In this document: in pieces, positions 27,547 through 32,000 of the stretch | Layout: each line of letters opens with the position of its first letter | How positions within the stretch are numbered: position 1 is the stretch's first letter | Assembly (NCBI GenBank): GCA_030156895.1 | Contig: JASGLP010000008.1 | Coordinates: forward strand, 21,650-53,649 | DNA from: Eubacteriaceae bacterium | Lineage (GTDB): Bacteria; Bacillota; Clostridia; Eubacteriales; Eubacteriaceae | DNA: 32,000 nt | Direction: 5' to 3' | Program-made: the position numbers and the translations under genes | The notes under the pieces: model-generated | Databases searched by the model: none | What the model saw: only the letters and a program-made list of their open reading frames with translations | What the model was told of the DNA's origin: nothing

Positions 27547-27747
27547 TTTTTACCTCTTTCACAATTAAATATTTAAATTTTTTTGAACCCATAAAAAATT
27601 ATTTCTGTTCATTAATAATTAACAACCATCAAATCTTAATCAGAAATATGATTAGTCCTATCGGGAAATGTTCTGGATCTAAACTATAAACCTTAGTCAA
27701 CTTTAGTCCGAAACGACTGTAAAGATTCTAAATTTTATTGATCACTT

Positions 27748-28143
27748 TTAAAGTGAATCGTATATTTTCAGTATTTCAGCGCTCACCTGATCTACCATTT
27801 TTTGATGATGCTCGGTCAAATTTCTGGTAGATAGCGGGGCATCCAGTGCCAACTCTTTCCCAATTATTGCTTCAATGTCGATGCTGCCGGATACTTCCGC
27901 ACTAAATTTTTCAATCGCCCGTTTAGCACAGCATTTTGAACAGCCATCCACTGAAATAGTCGGATAATTTTTAGCAAACTCCCGTTCTCCGCCATCACCA
28001 GCAATAAACAAGGGCAAACACAGGGTAGTGGTCACGCCTGGGCGATCTTTTTCCATTATTTTCCGGACTGCCAGTCGGGAGATGGTACCGCCCAGACATT
28101 CTTCTCCACTGCAGGCAACAACGCCGATTTTCTTTTCTGCCAT
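27748..28143 (-). CDS. DGC (Cys4, putative metal-binding) domain protein
   Basis: 131 aa with the four family cysteines in ACSG, LCLP, VDGC and CCA. Start overlaps the upstream stop (TAATG). Confidence 0.75.
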   Translation of the reverse strand: MAEKKIGVVACSGEECLGGTISRLAVRKIMEKDRPGVTTTLCLPLFIAGDGGEREFAKNYPTISVDGCSKCCAKRAIEKFSAEVSGSIDIEAIIGKELALDAPLSTRNLTEHHQKMVDQVSAEILKIYDSL

Positions 28144-28541
28144 TAGACTTCCCCCCTCAGTTCATTGACCATTTCAACCATTTTATCGGCCAGCTCTTCA
28201 GCATAATTCCAGCCGTCTTCAGTTAAAGCAGTCGCCGTTCCATGATCTTCACCTCGATGGGCCCGCATAAAATCTGCCACCTTATAGCTTTTGGCAACCT
28301 GACCGCCAGCCGCTTCCACACTTTTTAAGGCACACTGTTTGGGACAGCCATCCATGGTGATGCAGGCTTGACCTTTAATCCGATTGATCACGTCATCATC
28401 GCCAGTAACCAGCTGGGCCAGACACAGAGTTTCCGTTTGATCAGGACATTTATCCTGGGTCACCATCAGCACAGATTCCCGCGCCAGCAAGCCTAAAACT
28501 TTTCCAATCCCAGAGCAGGGTAAAACTTTTACTTTAGACAT
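28143..28541 (-). CDS. DGC (Cys4, putative metal-binding) domain protein
   Basis: 132 aa with PCSG, LCLA, MDGC and QCA. 8-nt overlap with the upstream gene. Confidence 0.75.
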   Translation of the reverse strand: MSKVKVLPCSGIGKVLGLLARESVLMVTQDKCPDQTETLCLAQLVTGDDDVINRIKGQACITMDGCPKQCALKSVEAAGGQVAKSYKVADFMRAHRGEDHGTATALTEDGWNYAEELADKMVEMVNELRGEV

Positions 28542-29370
28542 CTTGGGCCACCTTCTTTTTCAGATATTCAAAATAGGATGATCCATCGTGAAGAATTTCC
28601 AGATCTTCCGTAACTTCATCCGTTAAAGCGATCTCAACCAGCCAGCCTCTTTCGTAAGGCGATTCATTGATCCATTCCGGTGAGTCCTGAAGTGCTTCAT
28701 TAACCGCTGTCACCCTTCCTGATACCGGGGCAATGATTTCAAAAACGGCCTTACCCGATTCGATGCTGCCGCAGTCATCAAACTGCTCAATTTCATCATC
28801 AATTTCAGGGGGATCATAATAAAGAATATCCGAAAGATTCTGCTGCACATAATCGCTGACGCCAATTCGAGCCGAATTTCCCGAGACATAAACCCAACAG
28901 TCATTCTCATTAAAAAAGAAGCCTTGCTTTGGTACTTTAAAAACAAACTTTCCTTCCATAAAGGAATCATAGTCTATGGTGGTCATTTCAAAAGTTGACG
29001 CTTCTTTTTTATCTTCGGTTTGAGTCAATTTTTCAACCAGGGCTTTCTGCACCGCTTTTGTCGTTTCATTAACCGCTAAATCTTTGCCCAGTTTTAAATC
29101 CATGGACTTGGCTACGTCACTGACATTGTACTTGTCTTTAATCTTCAGATCAAGACTCTGTGCCAGTTTGCTGGCACATCGTGTATTACAGCCGTCAATG
29201 ACGACCAGGTCGCCCTGAGCAAGTATCTTTTCGTAAGGGCTTTTATTCTGATTTAAGAGTACCGGACAAATCAGCTCAAAATCATCCTGCTGACTTAGTT
29301 CAACTGCAGCCTGGCCTGAGACCAGGCCGGCACATTTGTCCAGTCCGTTACAGGGTAATAAACATTTCAT
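28534..29370 (-). CDS. Fusion protein: N-terminal DGC domain + C-terminal glycine-cleavage H-protein-like (lipoyl/swinging-arm) domain
   Basis: N-terminus has PCNG, ICPV, IDGC and RCA. The C-terminus CWVYVSGNSARIGVSDYVQQNLSDILYYDPPEIDDEIEQFDDCGSIESGKAVFEIIAPVSGRVTAVNEALQDSPEWINESPYERGWLVEI is collinear with GcvH and has a Lys at the ESVK lipoylation position. ATGA overlap with the upstream ferredoxin gene. Confidence 0.8.
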   Translation of the reverse strand: MKCLLPCNGLDKCAGLVSGQAAVELSQQDDFELICPVLLNQNKSPYEKILAQGDLVVIDGCNTRCASKLAQSLDLKIKDKYNVSDVAKSMDLKLGKDLAVNETTKAVQKALVEKLTQTEDKKEASTFEMTTIDYDSFMEGKFVFKVPKQGFFFNENDCWVYVSGNSARIGVSDYVQQNLSDILYYDPPEIDDEIEQFDDCGSIESGKAVFEIIAPVSGRVTAVNEALQDSPEWINESPYERGWLVEIALTDEVTEDLEILHDGSSYFEYLKKKVAQDV

Positions 29371-29672
29371 TCGCCCGCCTCTTTCTTGGCTTTCTCTGCT
29401 TTGCGGGTAGCCTTGATTTTCTTGGTTGTTTCGGTTTTATCCGGAAAAGAAAGCGCATCCAAACCACAAGTCTTAGAACAAGCCCGGCAAAAGACTACAC
29501 AATTGTTAGGGTTTTTCACAATCAGTTTTGGTGTCTGATCTTCTCTCACCTCAAAGACCTGATGGGGACAAAATTCCACGCAATCCATACAATCATTGCA
29601 TTTTGAATAATCAATGGTCGGGCACCAGTCAATTTTCTCCCGGTCAACACCCATAAAAGTTGATTCACTCAT
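29367..29672 (-). CDS. Atypical 2x[4Fe-4S] ferredoxin-like protein with Lys-rich C-terminal tail
   Basis: 101 aa: WCPTIDYSKCNDCMDCVEFCPHQVF and CVVFCRACSKTCG, then KKIKATRKAEKAKKEAGE. RBS GAGGTG. Paralog of 27340..27546. Confidence 0.85.
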   Translation of the reverse strand: MSESTFMGVDREKIDWCPTIDYSKCNDCMDCVEFCPHQVFEVREDQTPKLIVKNPNNCVVFCRACSKTCGLDALSFPDKTETTKKIKATRKAEKAKKEAGE

Positions 29673-29674
29673 AG

Positions 29675-30046
29675 CTACACCTCATATCCCATCTCTTCAA
29701 GCTTTTCTTCCACTTTCTCGAAGGCTTCCTCATTGGTCATATCGCGAATATCCAGCATCACTGCAGCTTCCATTATATCAAGTCCCGCTTCTTTAAAAGC
29801 ATCCTTGAACATTTTTTTCTGCATATTAGGCGCGCAGGCACCAATAATCACTTTGCGGTGACTCTTTAAAAAATCGGCCAAAAAGCGGTCGCCATCTTCC
29901 TCGCACAGTTGGGGATGGATAAAAGCATATTCAACCGGCAGCTCCACTCTCACCTGATTAATAAAGTCCCATATATCCATGGCCTGAAAGCCTGGACATT
30001 TCCCAGTACAGACACACATTAAAAAACCTGGTAATTCCTGACTCAT
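29675..30046 (-). CDS. Small 5-Cys protein, possibly MvhD/FlpD-like Fe-S protein (function unknown)
   Basis: Cys pattern FLMCVCTGKCP ... HPQLCEEDG ... VIIGACAP. Its layout resembles the [2Fe-2S] MvhD fold only by eye. I prefer ATG 30046 (GAGGTG 6 nt upstream) over the GTG at 30055. Confidence 0.6.
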   Translation of the reverse strand: MSQELPGFLMCVCTGKCPGFQAMDIWDFINQVRVELPVEYAFIHPQLCEEDGDRFLADFLKSHRKVIIGACAPNMQKKMFKDAFKEAGLDIMEAAVMLDIRDMTNEEAFEKVEEKLEEMGYEV

Positions 30047-30086
30047 ATCATTCACCTCTTTATTATTTAATTATTTGCTTATGGAT

Positions 30087-30115
30087 ATTGTACACCCATC
30101 AATATTCTGAGTCAA
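30087..30115 (-). promoter_or_regulatory. Putative internal sigma-70 promoter ahead of the Cys-rich gene block
   Basis: Minus strand reads TTGACT-17 nt-TACAAT, in the 115-nt gap between the radical SAM stop (30162) and the ATG at 30046. Confidence 0.5.
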
Positions 30116-30161
30116 TGTTAAATTTTTGTTTTTCCTAACTATTAAGAATTCAAAGCTGCCT

Positions 30162-31178
30162 TTAAGGACAGCGAATAAAGTTTCTGACCCAGAGACAGTC
30201 CCCGCATGAAGGTGTATTAAAATAGCAATCATACTTTGTATCTTCCACCAGTGAGCATCCCCCTCGCAGATCACAATCGACACATGAAGGATACTGGTTG
30301 TTGTAAATCGTCTGCCAGAAATCCTGATAAGCCTTGCCTTCAATAATCTCCTTTAAAGGCTTTTCTTTGACATTTCCGAAAGAATGCTTAATAACCCGTT
30401 TCTTTTCGCCAAAAACAAACTCATTATAGGTGTTTGCCAATCGATAACAGGAAATCACCTCACCGCCGGCATCAATATAGATATAACCCTTATCAATGAA
30501 ATCGCAGCGACGCTCGGTTTTTAATTCCATATCCGGCATATTGACCTTAATATCCCGATTGGAAAACATCCGGTCACGAAACTTCTTCCCTTCCACATTT
30601 TCATAACGGGTATAAAAGATCTCATCTTCATCATCTTTGGACAGCGGCATCAGGTGTGATAAATTAAGCCGATGAAAACCATAATGCCGCATCATGTCAA
30701 GAATTTCAAACAGAGCTTCATGATTGCTTTTAGTCAGAACATAGGCAATGCCTGTTTTAGGCGTTGAAGACCGGGTTCTCCGATGATAGTCGGCAAAATA
30801 TTGAAAGGTTTTAAGCAGCTGATCTTTTAGTCCCTGCGTTTCTTCGTGATACTGATCGGCGGAAAAAAAGACCGCACCAAAATTTTCACAAAGAATCCTG
30901 GCCGTTTCCTCCGGCATAATGCCGTTGCTGGTGATCAAAAGTCGATACTCTTTAAAAAGGTCTACCGCTTCTTTAAAATACGGATAGATGGTTGGCTCAC
31001 CAATGCCACCAAAAAAAATCTCTTTAACCGTCTTGATTTCTGAAATCTGTTCTTTGAGCGACTTAAGCAGCTCAAAATCCATATCTCCTTCAACCGTTTC
31101 CCAACTGTGTCTGAAACACATCTCGCAATCCAGATTGCAACGGTTGGTCAGTTCGATATACACGCGTTTTAATTCCAT
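30162..31178 (-). CDS. Radical SAM enzyme with C-terminal SPASM domain plus an extra CxxCx8CP tail
   Basis: TNRCNLDCEMCF (Cx3Cx2C), GGIGEP. SPASM pattern C-x13-G-x4-C (CDFIDKGYIYIDAGGEVISC), then CVDCDLRGGC...C. Terminal CGDCLWVRNFIRCP. Confidence 0.85.
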   Translation of the reverse strand: MELKRVYIELTNRCNLDCEMCFRHSWETVEGDMDFELLKSLKEQISEIKTVKEIFFGGIGEPTIYPYFKEAVDLFKEYRLLITSNGIMPEETARILCENFGAVFFSADQYHEETQGLKDQLLKTFQYFADYHRRTRSSTPKTGIAYVLTKSNHEALFEILDMMRHYGFHRLNLSHLMPLSKDDEDEIFYTRYENVEGKKFRDRMFSNRDIKVNMPDMELKTERRCDFIDKGYIYIDAGGEVISCYRLANTYNEFVFGEKKRVIKHSFGNVKEKPLKEIIEGKAYQDFWQTIYNNQYPSCVDCDLRGGCSLVEDTKYDCYFNTPSCGDCLWVRNFIRCP

Positions 31179-31474
31179 TGTTTTTCCCTTTTGTCCCTTT
31201 TAATCTGATCCTACTCTAATGCAAAAAACTTGAAGAAGAACCACTCTAGCTTTCAGTCTTTGACATAACAAGCAAATGATCAATCTGCATCATGTAATTT
31301 CCCAGTACATAATGTAAGATTTCATTGTTTTTAGGATCTCTTCCCTGATTCCATTATCAGGTATTTTGACAAGATAATCAATCAATTTTTATAACCGCCA
31401 ATTTTTAAACCGATCCGCTCATTTTTTTTATCAAGATCCTGTAAATCTGTACAAAATTCTATCTGTCAAATGAA

Positions 31475-31503
31475 TTGACGATTTATTTGAATCAGGCTAT
31501 GAT
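31475..31503 (+). promoter_or_regulatory. Putative sigma-70 promoter of the cysteine-desulfurase-like gene
   Basis: TTGACG-17 nt-TATGAT, ~85 nt upstream of ATG 31591. Confidence 0.5.
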
Positions 31504-31590
31504 TATATGTAAGCATATTATTATTTAGTTATACTTAAGACTAACAAACAAGCTTCTGATCGCTTTAATTCATCTAGCAAGGAGAATGAT

Positions 31591-32000
31591 ATGAGTATTT
31601 ACCTGGATAATGCCGCAACGTCCTTTCCCAAGCCTTTGTCCGTTCCTCAAGCCGTCTATGATTACATGGTCAACAACGGCGGAACCTCAGGCCGGGGCGC
31701 CTATGAAAAAGCCATTATTGCCGATGGTCTTGTCTACCGGACTCGAAAACTGCTGGCTCAGCTCTTTAACCATCCTGATCCCAAAACCATCGTCTTTACC
31801 TCATCTGTTACCGAGTCGCTTAATATGGCCCTACAGGGACTGTTACAGGCCGGTGATCATGTTGTCACCAGTTCCCTTGAACATAACGCCGTCTGGCGAT
31901 GTTTAAAAACCCTTGAACGGGATCGGCAGATTTCTATTACGACAGTTCCGGCCAATCAGAATGGCGAAACGAATTTGTCCGATGTTGAAGCCGCCCTTAC
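31591..32000 (+). CDS. Class-V aminotransferase-fold PLP enzyme, cysteine desulfurase/selenocysteine lyase-like (C-terminus off window)
   Basis: Missing from the ORF track (open at the edge). My translation reads MSIYLDNAATSFPKPLSVPQAVYDYMVNNGGTSGRGAYEKAIIADGLVYRTRKLLAQLFNHPDPKTIVFTSSVTESLNMALQGLLQAGDHVVTSSLEHNAV... RBS AAGGAG 6 nt upstream. Confidence 0.85.
   Translation, partial: MSIYLDNAATSFPKPLSVPQAVYDYMVNNGGTSGRGAYEKAIIADGLVYRTRKLLAQLFNHPDPKTIVFTSSVTESLNMALQGLLQAGDHVVTSSLEHNAVWRCLKTLERDRQISITTVPANQNGETNLSDVEAAL

Noticed and set aside
30071-30343. 90-aa minus-strand ORF.
   Set aside because: It overlaps the 3' end of the radical SAM/SPASM gene in another frame and runs into the intergenic promoter region. 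No motif or RBS.
31179-31590. Search for a Cys-rich RiPP precursor peptide next to the radical SAM/SPASM gene.
   Set aside because: All small ORFs on both strands are 4-16 aa (e.g. MMQIDHLLVMSKTES, MLTYNHSLIQINRQFI). None contains Cys and none has a convincing RBS.
1-32000. CRISPR arrays, tRNA/rRNA genes, large tandem repeats and prophage or defence-type nuclease/helicase genes.
   Set aside because: I recognised none while reading the intergenic regions and the ORF set. This was a by-eye scan, not a covariance-model search, so small ncRNAs could be missed.

Overview
AT-rich bacterial chromosomal window, coded almost entirely on the minus strand. GGAGG-type RBSs, ChW repeats and a GT2/GT-C pair suggest a low-GC anaerobic Firmicute (Clostridia/Eubacteriaceae-like); this is inference only. 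1-15.8 kb is mostly housekeeping or sensory: a partial AP-superfamily phosphodiesterase, an MFS transporter, an ABC-2 exporter, mutM, a Methyltransf_32-like methyltransferase, a four-gene polar amino-acid ABC operon and three membrane-anchored c-di-GMP enzymes. It also holds a small ferredoxin gene broken by an in-frame TAA. 15.8-24.3 kb looks accessory. It has a complete IS4-family element with perfect 18-bp terminal inverted repeats, inserted 57 bp upstream of the GGDEF-EAL gene. It also has a secreted LRR + ChW-repeat protein, a TetR/radical-SAM operon with a clear promoter and double palindromic operator, and a GT2 + GT-C (family 39) glycosylation pair whose GT-C carries a ~110-aa Met/Asp/Ser-rich insertion. 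The most interesting part is 25.1-31.2 kb. There, a tightly coupled minus-strand cluster encodes only small Cys-rich or Fe-S carrier-like proteins. These are a radical SAM/SPASM enzyme, an MvhD-like 5-Cys protein, two paralogous atypical 2x[4Fe-4S] ferredoxins and three tandem DGC (Cys4) domain proteins, one fused to a glycine-cleavage H-protein-like domain that keeps the lipoyl-lysine position. An MFS transporter and a two-piece DUF318/ArsP-family permease follow. The cluster is flanked by a convergent orphan arsC and a divergent class-V cysteine-desulfurase-like gene. I know of no characterised pathway with this composition and flag it as the candidate undescribed system. I recognised no rRNA, tRNA or CRISPR array.
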